Shown: positions 13,609-27,700, counted from the whole stretch's first letter. The stretch is DNA of 63,151 bases, filler included, from Reclinomonas americana ATCC 50394 (GCA_048213135.1; 13 parts of 13 records of this genome joined end to end with filler, not necessarily neighbours in it), one strand, 5' to 3'. Translations and numbers: made by a program. Notes: generated by a model not told the origin, from the sequence alone.

Positions 13609-13960
13609 AGCAAGCAATTCAAGTTGGTGATGGAGAAGGACTTGGATGTGAACAGCAAGACAATGCTGTGGATGGACGATGATATATGCCTGCACCGGTG
13701 CGTGACGAAGGGTGTGGGAGTGAGAGACTGTGGGAGGGATAAGAGAGAAAGGGGAAGAGATTGCATGTTGTTTGTGGGATCGCAAAGCTTGTCGCAGAGA
13801 AAAAAAGAAAAAGAAGCACAGTGCACCAAGTGGACACTTGGAGCAACGACCGGAGGGACTCTGCATGTTAGTATCGTCTTCGTGCAGCTGACTACGGTTG
13901 CCGCAGGAGGAAGAGCGAGACGAATGAAGGAAGATTAGAACCAATTAAACCATATTTCAT

Positions 13961-16900
13961 TCACTCGGCCCAACTTGTCACACTCGACGAGGGCGAATCT
14001 AGCAAATCTACCGACGCCTGCAGCCGCGACGACGACATCGGTGACAAATGACGCGCCGAGTCCACCAGCGACTGATCCTGCATCCCGCTGGCCATCAACT
14101 CGGTGTCGATACTCAAGTCGCGATCGGTGGCCACCGGCGAGTACGGATGCACCTGATCACGTGCCGCAAGCCGATGCTCCATCATTAGCCGATTCATCTG
14201 CGCCATGTCGTGTGAGTGCATTCAACCTAATGCTGAAGAGTGACACTGGCGACCGCACCTGTGCATCCAGCTCGTCCTGCCCAACTGGTAGCATGGCGGC
14301 ATCAGTGCGCAGTCGAACATCGGACCGCGGAATGACCACACCAGCTGCATTTGTTCCAGCTCTAAAGGGCTTGATCTTGTGCTGGCCTCTGCAAGAGTAA
14401 ACGGGAAGAGAGCGTGAGTGACGATAAACTGTCTTTGTCTCACTAAATCAATCAAAAATTAGTTAGTTCTCCAAGTCTCTCGCTCCTCTCCCTCTCTGAG
14501 TCTCTCCTCTCTCTCTCTCTCTCACTCTGTCTCTCTCACTCTCTCACTCTCTCGTTCTCTCTCTCAGTCTCTTTCTGTCTCTCAAGTTTCTCTCAGTCCC
14601 TTTCTGTTCCTTTCAGTCTCACCCTCCTTTCTCAGTCTCTCCTTCTCTCCCATTCTCTCTCATTCTCTCTCATTCTCTCCCATTCTCTCCCATTCTCTGC
14701 CATTCTCTCTCTCGCTCTCAGTCCCTCTCCGTCTCTTTCAATCTCTCTCTCTTCTTTCTCAGTCTCTCTCAGTCTCTCGCAGCCTCTCATTCTCTCTCTC
14801 AGTCTCTTTCAGTCTCTCTCAGTCTTCCTCTTCGTTTCTCTCTCAGTATCTCCCAGTCCCTTTCTGTCCCTTCCTACACTCTCCCATTCTCTCTCATTCT
14901 CTCCCATTCTCACTCATTCTCTCTCAGTCTCCCTCCTCTCTCATTCTAAGACTCTCTCTTCTCTTTTCTTCCCCCTCTCTCCTTCCCCCTCTCTCAGCCC
15001 CTCACTCACCCCTCCATCGGCAACCCGTCGCCGGTCACCGCCACCTGATGCTGATGATGGTGATGCTGATGCTGATGCAGTTGTTGATCCTTCTTCTCCC
15101 GCCTCCTGGCCGACAACGGCCCTCGAGGCGTCGTCGTCGCCGTACTGCTGGCCGGCCGTGCACTGTCCACCGCCACCGTCAGCCGCCGCAACGATCCCGT
15201 CTTGGCGTCGCGCACAAAGTGATTGAGCAGCGGGTTCGACGTCGTGCCGCACACGCCGCAAAAATTGGTCGACTTGCCCGGCTCCACCACGCCACCCACC
15301 AAATCCGTCTGACTCTTTCGCGTGTTGCGATACAAGCGCGGTGTGAGCACCGTAAAGTTGGGCGACGGCTGAGCGAGAGATTCACGGTGAGGCCAGCGGG
15401 AGACGGGGGGTGGACGCAGAAAAATGTAACACAACGTAAACGGTTGGCGACGACAGGCGATCGAGCACACCGAGAAGGCGCTCGGTGGCCGACGCATCGG
15501 GTCGAGGGGTTTGCTGCTGCTGCTGTTTCTGCAGCATGTCAGCGACCGGAAGTAGGGGTACACCAGAGGGAAGCGCCACGCGTGGAGTGCGTGCTCCGCG
15601 TGCCGAGTCTGCACGGAGGGTGAAGGTGAGGAAACAGAGAGGGAGGAAGGGGGGAAGGAAAGAGGGAGAAAGGGGGATGGAAAGAGATATCGTTGAGATA
15701 GGAATGCAGTTGAATAGGGAGGGAAGAATGGCAATCATGCAAACGAAGAACGACCTCAAAATGGGTGAAGGAGTGAAGGGGAAGAATTCACAACCTCAAA
15801 AATGGGTGCCGAAACGCAACAGGGAAAGAAGGTGTAAAGCGGAAAAGGATGGACGACCTCAAAAGTGGGTGAAGGAAACGCAACGGGTAGAGGAGGGCAG
15901 GAATGCACGACCTCACAGATCGGAAAGAGAAAGAGGGAGGAACGAAAGTTACGAGACGATTGCTGGAGAAAATACGCTTCCTGCAATACCGGCGCAACAC
16001 AGAGTGGAAGAGAGCATCTTACAGTGCAGCAGTGAAGAATGAACAAAGGACTCAAGCGTCAACGGCCTCAAAAAACACAGAAAGAAATGAAGTGAGAGAC
16101 AAGGTGTGAAGGAGGTGAAGGGAAAGAAGATGCGACGCGCGGATGAATAAACGAAATGCATGGGGAAAGAATAGAGGGAGCCAAAAAGGACGTCTCTCAC
16201 ATCCATGCCTTCGCAAGACAACGAAACAAGCAACGAACGTGTCGACCACAAGAAGGAAGCAACAACGAAAACCGTACACCAGCATGCACGGCCTCACATT
16301 CAATTGCGGCAGACAGAAAGCACAAGAAGGGTGACATCATGTCTAGACTTGCGATGGTTAACCGGACAGGAATGAACAGACGCACAAGAGCACAGCAGTC
16401 CAGGTTAATCACGCCATCGTACAAAGGGAGTCAAACAACTGCCAACTTCAGTCGCACCAAAATAACAGTAGAGAACTTCTGCGCGAGTCAGAGCGCGCTT
16501 TTCTCCCTCTACTCTGCCTCTCGCACCACACTCACCCAACGGCAATCTTGGAGTCGGTGCTGATGAATCGTGCGGCGTGGACCCAAGAGAGGGAACCGAC
16601 GAGAGCGGCAACGACGGCGCAGGATGCGGCTCCGGGAATGCCGAGTTGTCAAGCAGCACGCGAACTGGGTCCTCCAACACCGCGTCTGCAGAAGGAGAGA
16701 CATTTCGTTAGATTTCCTCTCGTCGACCACCAGAAAATACAACAAGCAATGCCTCACAACGCTCCCTCCCCAACAAAGTCATCTCGCCTCCACGAAGGAG
16801 GAGAGCTCTTCGTGCCTTCCTCTTACCCTCTCAACTTGCCTTCCTCCCCCTTCCCATCCCCCCTCCCATCCCCCTCACCATTCTTCTGCTGCAGCGCTGC

Positions 16901-17009
16901 ATTCCTCGGCGTCCTCAGCGTACTCCGCAAACCACCCCCACTGCGTCCAGACGAGGCGCGCTTCTCCGCCGCCGGCGGCGGAGGTGGTGGCTGCTGCTGC
17001 TGCTGCTGC
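13961..17009 (-). CDS. Hypothetical low-complexity (Q/P/S/H-rich) protein, 5' partial
   Basis: Phase-consistent GT-AG exons at about 17009-16880, 16685-16517, 15608-15441, 15391-15010, 14390-14341, 14284-14259 and 14197-13961 (...VGQDELDAQ|MNRLMMEHR...SWAE*). One CxxC (FCGVCG). Confidence 0.6.
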
Positions 17010-17121
17010 NNNNNNNNNNNNNNNNNNNNNNNNNNNNNNNNNNNNNNNNNNNNTTAATTAATTAANNNNNNNNNNNNNNNNNNNNNNNNNNNNNNNNNNN
17101 NNNNNNNNNCCTCTCTCTCCT

Positions 17122-17190
<69 letters not shown>

Positions 17191-17192
<2 letters not shown>

Positions 17193-17810
17193 CTGCACAC
17201 TCTGCGTCATCTCCCGATGCGCGCGACTCGTCTTTTGCGTCGCCTTTCTCCCATTCCCTTTCGCCTGCACCGCCTGCTCAACCTGCGCATGCTGCTCGCC
17301 TTCCGCCGGCTTCTCCGTCTTGTTGACCATCACCACCTCACTATCATAGTCATAGTCGCCGCCATCATCATCATCGTCGTGATCGCGATCGCGATCGAGT
17401 CCGCGGATCTCGGCGGAGCTGTAGACGCGACGATGATGATCGCTGCTGTTGACGACGCTGTCTACGGTGCCAATGTTGCGTGGAGAGGCGAGGAGAAGCG
17501 AGGAGCGACGTCGACGGGTGGCGTAGCTGATGGGAGAAGAGAGGAGAAAGAAGGGAGAGAGAGTGAGTGAGTGAGAGAGAAGAGAGTGAGTGAGTGAGTG
17601 AGTGAGTGAGTGTGTGAGTGTGTGGGTGTGAGTGTGCGTGTGTGTGAGAGTGAATGAGTGAGAGTGAGTGTGAGAGAGAGAGAGAGAGTGAGTGTGAGAG
17701 AGTAAGAGTGAGTGAGTGAGTGAGTGAGTGAGAGTGAGGGAGTGAGTGCATCTACTGTCGCTTGTGCTGCCTCTGCTCTCCTTATGCCCATCATGCGGTC
17801 GCAGCTGTGC

Positions 17811-17853
<43 letters not shown>

Positions 17854-17976
17854 TTCTCTCATTCTCTTTGTCTCTCTTCTCTCTTTCTCTCTTTCTCTCT
17901 CTGTGTTATGTAACGAAGCACTGGCACTGCGTTGATGGCGTGAGGGAGAGGTGGAGGAGGCAGCGGGAGACCGCAT
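17191..17976 (-). CDS. Hypothetical protein N-terminal exons; may be the 5' part of the 13961-17009 gene
   Basis: MRSPAASSTSPSRHQRSASAS|YATRRRRSSLLLASPR...MTQSVQR| joins in phase; same strand as the gene across the gap. Confidence 0.45.
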
Positions 17977-18377
17977 GTCTCAACTGAGAGGCGGTCAATG
18001 GCACTTTGTGGGTTCGTCCTGCGGCGGTGGTCGTTGATTGCTCGTCCTGCGAATTACGCTTGCGTGGGGCGATGTTGTGCGTGCGCGCGTGTCTGTGTCG
18101 ATAAGAAAGAGCGAGTGGTGGGCAAAGCGGCGATTTGTTTTTTGAGCTGCTCGACTGTCGACGTCGACGATATCGAACGTCGCGTGGCCGCGTCGTCGCC
18201 TGTGCATGAGCAGCGCATGAGCGAATGACGGAGCAGTTGACGCTCAACTGCGCCAGCCAGCGAGCGCGACCAGAACGACGCAGCCAGGCTCCAAAAAACG
18301 CGCGACGTCGACATTGAAAATCGAGCGCAAAGTAAAGTGTGCTCGTTTCACGTGTTTCGTTCATCGCCAGGGTCATC

Positions 18378-18599
18378 GGATAAAGCTGATCTGCGCCTTG
18401 ACCAAATTTGTCCATTTTCCTTGAAATCATGTGAAATCAGTGTCTTCCTCTACCCTTTACCCTTGAACCGATGCGTGAGTGTGATCAGCGTTTTTTTCTA
18501 CCCCAGACCCGTCATCCGCGTGCGCGGAATCGCTGTTCCTCGACCCTTGACCCTTGACCCTTTACCCTTTGTAGGACAAGGCGCAGATCAGCTTTATCC
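18378..18599. repeat. 222-bp element bounded by perfect 23-bp inverted repeats (MITE-like or promoter element)
   Basis: GGATAAAGCTGATCTGCGCCTTG at 18378-18400 and its exact reverse complement at 18577-18599; internal CCCTTGA/CCCTTTA heptamers. Confidence 0.8.
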
Positions 18600-18846
18600 A
18601 ACCGCGATCGCCAGTGTGCATTCCACATAACCACAGCGCAATGCCATCAGTGCGACGAGCGGAGACAAATTACCGCGCGCAGGACAATCCCCGCGCAAAC
18701 GCACTTTCACACCACACCGCGGAGCGCACGCAACCACTGCGCGCAGAAAAAACACACAACAACTCAGCGCTCTCTCCTCTCCCGCGCACGTCTCTGTCTG
18801 TCTCTGTCTCTGTCTCTGTGTGCGCGCCATTTCCCCCTCTCTTGCC

Positions 18847-19163
18847 ATGTCTGGTGTTCCGCCCTCGTCCACTCCTGCAGCAGCCGCCGCGTGGCCTGCT
18901 GCAGTGGCGACTGCTGCAGCAGCAGCAGTGCCGGCGGTTGGTGCTGCAGCAGTGGGTGCGTTGCCGTTGTCGTTGGCGGTGCCTCAGCAGCAGCAACAGC
19001 AGCAACAGGCGGCGCCTGTGTATGCAATGGCGGTGGATGGTGTGGGTGAGTGTGTGTGTGGAGGGAATGGGGATGAAAAGGGGAGGGAATGGGGGTGAAA
19101 AGGGCAGGGGATTGGGGATTGGGAAAATGGTGAAGGGGATGTGTGACAGGGAGGGAGAGCGTT

Positions 19164-19201
<38 letters not shown>

Positions 19202-19539
19202 CGAGAGGGTGTGCACTAGAGATCTCTAGTTGCTTTTGCTCTCTCTCTCTCTCTCATTGTGTGTGTGTGTGTGTGAGAGAGAGAGCGTGCACGAGTGTGC
19301 ATTGGACAGAGACATCTTGCAGAGATATGCATGCAATGCGCTTCGAGTTGTCTGTTGCTTGTTGCATTTGCTCTCTCTCTCTCAATCTCTCTCTCTGTGT
19401 GTGTGAGTGTGTGTGTGTGAGAGAGAGAGAGGCAGAGAGAGCGAGAGGGTGTGCACAAGAGAGAGGCATCTTCTTGTGCAGAGATATGCCATGCATTTGA
19501 GTTGTCTGACTCTCGTTGCATTTGCTCTCGTGTGTGTAC

Positions 19540-19576
<37 letters not shown>

Positions 19577-22500
19577 CGAGAGGGTGTGCACTAGAGAGAG
19601 TGTCTTCTTGTGCAGAGATGTGCATGCAATGCGATTTCGAGTTGTCTGAGTCTCGTTGCTTTTGCTCTCTCTCTCATTGTTGTGCAGCATGTTCTTGTGC
19701 AGAACTGTGCAGGCAATGCGCTTTGTTGTCTGTCGCTTGTTGCATTGCTCTCTCTCTCTCTCTCTATGTGCACTAGAGAGATGCATCTTCTTGTGCAGCC
19801 CTATGCATCCAATGTGCTTTCGAGTTGTCTGTTGCTTGTTGCTTTTGCTCTCTCTCTCTCATTGTGTGTGTGTGAGAGAGAGAGAGAGAGGGTGTGTGCA
19901 ATTGTGAAACACATGTTGTGCGGAGATATGCAATGCGCATTCGACTTGTCTCGCACTTGTTGCATTTGCTCTTGTGTGTGCTTGCACGCAGAAGTGAGAT
20001 ATGCACAGTCGCGTTGTCACTGGTTGCGAGGAGTGAGATAAAAGGAGGCACTGGGGAAACTCGCGTACAACTTGTGCTGTGTGATCTGTGTCTCGTTTGG
20101 ATCGGGAGAGAGGGAGAAGAAGGCATTTGAAGGAGACTCGTTGCTATCACTTGTCTCGTGCTGATTGCACTCGTGAATGAGAGAGGAAGAGAGAGAGAGA
20201 GAGGAGAGAGAGCTGCATGACATCTTCCTGCGCTAAGGCACGCATTCGAGTTGTCTTTCGCTTATCTATGCTGTTCCTCCTTCCTCATTATCCACCTCCC
20301 CCCAGGCACGCCCGCCACTCCAACCCCCTCCGCCACCGCCACTGCCGCCTCATTCGCCGCACTCCAACAGCAAGCGCTTGCCACTGCCGCTGCCCAACAA
20401 AGAGTTTCAATTTCATTCTATTTCATTACCTCACCCTCTTATCCCCTCGCGCTCACCTTTCCNNNNNNNNNNNNNNNNNNNNNNNNNNNNNNNNNNNNNN
20501 NNNNNNTTAATTAATTAANNNNNNNNNNNNNNNNNNNNNNNNNNNNNNNNNNNNNNNNNNNNGAGAGAGAGAGAGAGAAATCTTCCGCTTTTGCTCTTCC
20601 CTGCATTCCATGTTACCCCTCTCGCCTTCCCCCTCTGGTCTCCGGCGATTATCATTCTCTGTCACCTATGCTGCCCGTTGGTTTGATTGTTCGCGTGTGT
20701 GCCTCCTGAAGGGCTCGCTTTGCTTAAAATGGTGACCCGCTTCGTACTTCGTTGCATTCCCCAGTTCCCCTCCCACTTTCGACACCTTCTCCTTGTCCCC
20801 CTTCCTCACCCACCCTTTCTTCCCCTCTTTCGCTCTTTCCCCTTTACCTCACCCTTTGCTCTCCTTCCCCTCTCCGCAGGCCGAGCTCTCCCAATTCCTC
20901 TTCCCTCTCTTCGCGCTCTGCTACCTGGAGCTCATCAACAAGGAGAAAGAGGAGGACGCGCGCCGCTTCTTTGACGAGTTCGCCGACCCTTTCCGCATCA
21001 AGCACGAGCGAGAGGTGGAGCAGCTGTCGCTGGTCACCAGCAAGTCACTGATCGAGCACAGCGACTTTGCCAAGGTGTGTGTTTGTCCACACGGCGTGTG
21101 AGCAGGATGACTCAGCGCACTTTGTCCTTTGCAGCGTGTGGCCGTGCACCAGCACAAGTTCGTGCTGCGGATATCGCAGTACTCGTTCAACATGATGATG
21201 GATTTCCTGTTCGAGGAGGGCCTCATGCTGTTGCTGCCGTTTGTGCACACGCGATTCGATATTCGAGGTGCGTGCGTGTGAAGGAGAGGGCTTGTTATGC
21301 AAGTCGCTCATATCTTCCCCTTGCAGTGTTCCGTGGAGCGCCGCAGCAGAGCAGTCAGGAGGATGCTGCCGCCGCCGCGCTGCTGGGCAGTGGCATTCGA
21401 GTGGACAACTCGGAGACCGTGTACTGGGGCACCACTGACTTCTTTGCGGACATGCCCCTGCAGCAGACGCCGAGGAGGGGGAGGAGGAAGGTGAGCGGAG
21501 GGGGGAAGGGGACAAGGGGGACGGAGGGCTGTTTCTTGCGTCTCGTTTGCTGGTGTGTACGTGTGTGTGTGTGTGTGTGTATTTTGATATTTGAGCCTTA
21601 TGCAGTGCTTGCGTGTGAATGTGCTCTTTGTTTCTTTGTGTGTTTGTCTTGCGTGTCGATCACTGACGTCTTACCCCCTTTTCCCCTTCTCCCCTTCCAC
21701 AGGAAGGAGAACCACCCTCCCTCAAGCGCGCTCGCACCGGACTGCTCTTCGATCCCAGCAACCCACACGCACCGCCGTACGATCGCATCCCGATTCCCAA
21801 GCCGTTTCGTTCCACTCCTTTGCATGCTTCTTCTCGTCCTCGCCATGTCTCACTCTTTCCCTTAGATCGGAGGAGGACAAATTCCTGCGACTGGCGGAGC
21901 TGAGCATGCGCGTGGCACTGGCGCCCTCGGCACTGCCGTCGGTGTGCATGTTTACCGTGCTGAATTCGTACGAGGGGTTTGTCCTTTCTGCTGTTTTCTT
22001 CTCCATTGTCCACTCGCTTATCTCTCGAGCAGCATGACGAGCTCGACGATCTCCAGCGATGCTTCGGTGATCGCGGCCGGCTTCTCGGACTCGTCCATTC
22101 GTGTGTGGGAGATCCAGTCGCGTGAGGACAGATTACGTGCTCTCAAAGTGAAGACGGTGGTGGCGGGTGGTGCTGGTGGCGGTGATGGTGGCGATGTGAG
22201 TGGTGGGGAAAGGGAGAGGGAGGGGGAAGAGTGGCAGTTGCTTACCCTTGGTTGCAGGTGGAGATGGCGGATGGAGTGGGCACTGGATTGTCGGCATCGG
22301 CATCCGCTGCGGCGCCCTCTGTTGACGAAGCAGAGATCGACGAGGAGAAGGCCACCAAACGTTTTGTGATCGAGAAAAATGTGTTGTCTGTTTGTTGAGA
22401 GACTCACCTCGTCTTGTCGACGCAGCGGTGACCAAGCACCTCATCGGTCACTCGGCACCGGTGTATGCACTCAGTCTCAGTCCCGATAACGCGTACTTGC

Positions 22501-23557
22501 TGTCGTGCTCTCAGGTGAGGAAGGGGAAGAGAGATGACATGAGTTGATGAGCAGTGGGACAGGCAGATGGAGAAGCCCGTCTCACAGATAAGCAAGGAGA
22601 GAGGCCAGATGGACAGATGAGGAACGAGTCAAGTTGTTGTGAAGGGAGGGACAACTCAGAGACAAGAATAGCCTTGAATCAGGCAGTGAGAAAACTGCGC
22701 TTCGGATGCCACATGGAGACATAATATCGGGACAAGTTGTTGTACTTAATCAGTTTCTTTAGGTAGAAGGGGGAGGCACAACTCGGTCACAAGCAGAGCT
22801 TTGAGACAACTGTGAATCGGAGGCCATATGGAGAGACTAGGAACAACCCTAGTTGTTGTACTTGAGCAGTCTCTTAGAATAGAAGGGGAGGTACAACTCA
22901 GCGGTGAGACTGGCAGTGAGACAGCTGCGCTTTGGAAGCTTCAAGGAGAGATGAGGAGCGACCCTAGTTGTTGTGCTTGAGCAGTCTCTCGAGGTAGAAG
23001 GGGAGGTGCAAGCGGAGCTGTGAGACTGGCGGTGAGACACTGCGCTTCGGAGGCTAGATAGTGAGATGAGGAAGGAACGAGTCAAGTTGTTGTTCATGAG
23101 CAGCCAGGCAGTATGACGTTTTCAATTTGGAGGCAGAAGGAGTGAGGAGGAACGAGAAAAGCTGAGTATTTCAGGGAGATCAGCATTTTCTCACCTTCCA
23201 TTGCCCTCCACGCAGGACACCACCATTCGCCTGTGGGACCTGTCGATCGGACGCTGCATGTGCGTGTACCGCGGCCACCAGCTGCCCGTCTGGCAGTGCG
23301 TCTTCTCGCCCATGGGATACTACTTTGCCACGGTGTCGAACGATCGCACCGCGCGCTTGTTCTGCACGGAGCGGCTGTATCCGCTGCGGCTGTTTGCCGG
23401 GCACTTGACGGATGTGGATGTTGCGTGGCGAGTGGGGGTGGTGTGTGTGGAGGGTGGTGTATCTCATTCGTGGATGCAGTGTGTGACATTCCACCCGAAC
23501 TGCAACTACATCCTCACCGGCTCCAGCGACAAGACTGTGCGCATGTGGGATATTCAG
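18847..23557 (+). CDS. TAF5: TFIID subunit TAF5 (NTD2 + WD40), spans a gap, 3' partial
   Basis: NTD2 ELSQFLFPLFALCYLELI; LPSVCMFT; WD repeats LIGHSAPVY, YRGHQLPVW, PLRLFAGHLTDVD|CVTFHPNCNYILTGSSDKTVRMWD. The Ala/Gln-rich first exons (18847-20403) are assigned by position and strand only. Confidence 0.92.
19190..19990. repeat. Intronic composite tandem repeat with (GA)n/(GT)n spacers
   Basis: About five units containing GAGAGGGTGTGCA...CTTGTGCAGAGAT...TTCGAGTTGTCTG...TTGCATTTGCTC. Confidence 0.8.
22620..23100. repeat. Intronic tandem repeat (unit about 105-120 bp) in TAF5
   Basis: AGTTGTTGT...GAAGGGGGAGG...GGCAGTGAGA...CTGCGCTT recurs four to five times. Confidence 0.8.
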
Positions 23558-23616
23558 GTGAGTGGAGAGATGCAGGGAATTGAGAGGGAAGGGAAGGGAA
23601 GGGAAGGGAAGGGAAG

Positions 23617-23701
<85 letters not shown>

Positions 23702-23919
23702 GAGACGAGAGAGANNNNNNNNNNNNNNNNNNNNNNNNNNNNNNNNNNNNNNNNNNNNTTAATTAATTAANNNNNNNNNNNNNNNNNNNNNNNNNNNNNN
23801 NNNNNNNNNNNNNNCTTGTCATTCTCCCTGTCTCCCTCTCTCGCTCTCTCTCGCTCTCTCTCTCTCTCTCTCTTTCACTATGCCTCTCCTCTCTCCCCTT
23901 CTCTTCTTCTCCCATTCTC

Positions 23920-24440
23920 CTCTCTTACGAAAACATGCTTACTTTCTCAATCTTCTCCTTATCTCCCTCTCTCGCGCTCTTATGCCATTATGCCTCTCTT
24001 CTTCTCCCGTCCTCCTCTCTCACGAAAACACGCTTTCCTTCTCACTCTTCTCCTTGCCTCTCTCGCTCGCTCTCTTCTCTTCTCTCCCACCCTCCTATCT
24101 CACGAAACACGCTTTCTTTCTCACTCTTCTCCTTGTCTCCCTTTCTCGCTCTCTCTCTTCACTATGCCTCTCCTCTTCTCCTCCCATCCTCCGCTTCCTC
24201 CTCCTTCGACTTCATCTTCATTTCTCTCTCTCCACCCGCTTCCCCCTTGTGCATTTTTCATCTTCACTGCGTGTCCTTTTCTCCTCCTCGCTCTGCCTCT
24301 CAATCTCTCTCTTACACGGAGGAGGTGAGTGGAGGAAGATGAAGGAGGAAGCGGAGGGTGGGCAAGGAAGGGGAGGGGAGAGAGAGAGCGAGAGAGGGAG
24401 ACAAGGAGAAGAGTGAGAAAGAAAGCGTGTTTCATGAGAG
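23920..24440. repeat. Three direct copies plus one inverted copy of a CT-rich unit
   Basis: GAAACACGCTTTCTTTCTCACTCTTCTCCTTGTCTCCC at about 24104 matches the reverse complement at about 24395-24433; related direct copies at about 23930 and 24025. Confidence 0.75.
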
Positions 24441-24752
24441 AGTGAGGGACTCTGCGGGAGTCCATCGGACTCTGAGCTCTCTTTGGTCTTGTCTGTTATC
24501 AATTCGCTTTCTGTTGTCTTTTATCGTGCTGTGCTCTTTTCTTTGTTGCCTGCTCATCTTGTGCTCTCTTCTGCAGTCGCACCAATCTGCTGTTGGCGGT
24601 CGGGTACTTTAAGGCATGAGGATGGAGAATGGAGTGGAGGAAAAGCGAAAATGCCGATGAAAAATTGCAAGGTCATGTGGTTAGCATGTGGTCTCACATC
24701 TCGGCTTCCTGCGATAAGTGGGAGAGTCTATTGTATTTTCATTTTTCGGGTG

Positions 24753-27700
24753 TCAATCATCGGCCAACTTGGACCTCTGCGACGACTTATTGACGAGGTA
24801 GATTACAACCAGGGAGAAGAGGGCGCTGACCAGGAAGATGACGTCGAACCACCGGTGGTAGAACGAGAATTCAATGTCGCCGAGCACCTTGGTGATGATT
24901 TGCCTGCGCGCACATAGCATGAGTGAGCGGGACGAGGACAACAACACGCTGCACTGCAACCGCACCTGTACTTTTCCGGCACACTCATGCGCATCAGCAG
25001 CACGCTGGATAGGAAGTACATGCCCATCACTTGAGAGATGAAGAGCACCATGAAATGCGAGATGCCTGGTCGCGAGTATTGGTGGAAGATCTGCGACGAC
25101 GAGAGGTTAGAGACAAGCAAGCAAGATAATCTGCGCAGCATGTCCACCTTTTGCAGATTGATCACCAGGCCGCGCACGTTGGAGCCGACGAGAATGCCGA
25201 TGAACGCGAATGACAAGTACTGACTCCACAGCTCCACGTCGATCTCAATGTGCACGACACGGAACAGCAGCTCAAAGCCGCGCGTGATGGGGTCGATGCG
25301 TGCGATGCGATTGAACACAATGTTGATGGTACACTGTGGGCGGAATGAGGGGGAGGACAAAGGCAAAGAGGAGGACTAGGGAGATCAACAAACCATAATC
25401 ATGCGGTAGATGCACCAGCCGGCGAAAGTGTATCCGAGAACAACAAAGATGCGGCCCTTGAGGGAGCTGCGCAGGGCCTCGTTCTCGCGGAAGACGTGTG
25501 CATCGTAGATCTCGAGGAAGACGGTGCGGGAGAGGTCTTCCAGGGCGGAGACCTCGCGCTCCAGCACGTGGATGTTGCCTGCGGGAGAGGGGGAAGGGAG
25601 AGAAGGGAAAGGGGGTGAGAAGGGAGTGGGGAGGGAGGAGAAGGGGAGGGGGGCAAGAAGGGCAAGGCGACGACAGGAAAGCAGGAAATATGGCAAAAGG
25701 TGACCAGGAATGCGAGAGATGGCAGGATACGCAATGACGAGAGATGTCCAGAATAATTGCGAGGGAATGAATGACGAGAACTAGCAAGGGGTTACACAGA
25801 ATGAAAGGATGATTGGGAATAATAGCGGATGGCGAAAAGTGGTAGGGATGGCGAGACACGACTAGCTTCCGCTTGGCGACAATGTGCTGCGTGCACTTTC
25901 CGCGTCGTTCATGCGACTGAGTGCACCCTCGCGCATCTGGACATGCAGCCAATACGTTGCGCGATTTGCCAGTTGAGCGCGCGAAAGAGGAAGAGGGAGG
26001 GAGTGGTAAGGACTGGTGAGTGATGGCAGGATAGGGTATGGCATGATACGGCAGAGAATGACGAGGAATGACGAGAGAGTTGACACGTAGTGGCAGAGAG
26101 AGGCAAGGACGAGAGATGACAGGGACAGAGAATGTCACCGGACGGCATCTAGTGAAAGGGAAGGACGAGAGATGGCAGTGAGTGACAGCGAATGACAAGG
26201 AATGTCAAGAACAGGTCGGACTGCCTCTTGCCGCTCGATTCCCCCTCCCACTCGCACGCAACGATCGGCATCGCCGGAGAAGAACGTCAACACCGGAGTG
26301 ACAACTCGCGACAGTAGACCACCGGCACCATTGCGTCCGGCATGCCCGACACCCGCCAGTCGCTTGTCGCGCTCTCTTCTCTCAATGTAAAGCCTGCATT
26401 CTCATAGGTAAGTGGAGAATCGCCACCTCAATTCACGGCCCTGCTACCACCGCACCTCCTCTTCTTGTTCGCAATCTGCTCCATCACATTCTGCAACTGC
26501 CGCTGCAACGCCGTGACGTCGGTGTTGCGATCGCGCTGGAAGAAATACGACAGGTAGCCAAAGGGCGAGTTGACGGCACCAAAGCCCGACAGCACCGCCA
26601 GCAGTGTGACACCAATCACGCCCACTCGACTCACGCCCTGCTCGACACTAAAGAGACTCGACTGCTGCTTGTTGATAACGGGGAAGTCGCCGATGCGCCA
26701 AAAGCCGACGAGGTAGAAGCCGAGGGCGACGAGGGAGATGGGGGCGGCCTTGGCGTAGGACAGGCCGACTGCATGAGAGGAGAAGGAAGGATAGGGTATG
26801 AGGGAGAAGAGTGGTGAAAGAGGGGTGGAGGGAAGGGTGGAGGGAAGGGTGGAGCGAGTGGGAGAGCGGAGTGGGAGAGCGAGAGGGGGAGAGCGAGAGG
26901 GGGAGAGCNNNNNNNNNNNNNNNNNNNNNNNNNNNNNNNNNNNNNNNNNNNNTTAATTAATTAANNNNNNNNNNNNNNNNNNNNNNNNNNNNNNNNNNNN
27001 NNNNNNNNAGAAAAGTGAAAAGTTGACAAATAGCAGAACGTGAGAAGGAGACTGCATCTGCATCATCGAAGCAGAGGGAACAAGACCCTCGATGAGGGAT
27101 GAGGAAACAAAGCGAGTGAGAAAGAAGGGTGAGCACAGAAGATGGGAGACAGTTGAAACGGAAGCAGGCAATGGATTTACAACCGAGAAGAGTCCGAGCA
27201 GGTGAGAGATGAGAAAACAAGCGAGGATAGCCGATGATAGAGATATAAACCGTGATGAATTCAAACAGGAGAGAAGAGCAACTCGAAGAGAGAGCAAGGC
27301 GACAAAACTCGAAGCATGAAAGGATGCAAATGTGAGGGTGAGAGAGAAAGAGAGAGCCAAACAGATCAATCTCTACATTCACCCCTCCCCTTTCCCCTCT
27401 TTACCCCCTTCCCCCACACCTCACCTCCTCTTCGCCCTACTCAACCACTGCCACGCCACTGTCCCCCGCTCCCTCCATTCCCTCCACTGCTCCCCTCGCG
27501 GTGGCGTATCCGGCTCCCCATTCTGCAGCTGCTGCTGCTGCTCCAACTGCTGTTGCTGGGCGGCCGCCAGCGACTCATAATGCCCACGAATGCCTCCACG
27601 ATTGCGCACTCGCACCGGCGAGTCAGGCGGGGTGGCGGGTGTCGGTGGCAACTGCGAGGAGGACGTGGAGAGGGGAGTCGCGGCGGTGATGGAGACTCCG

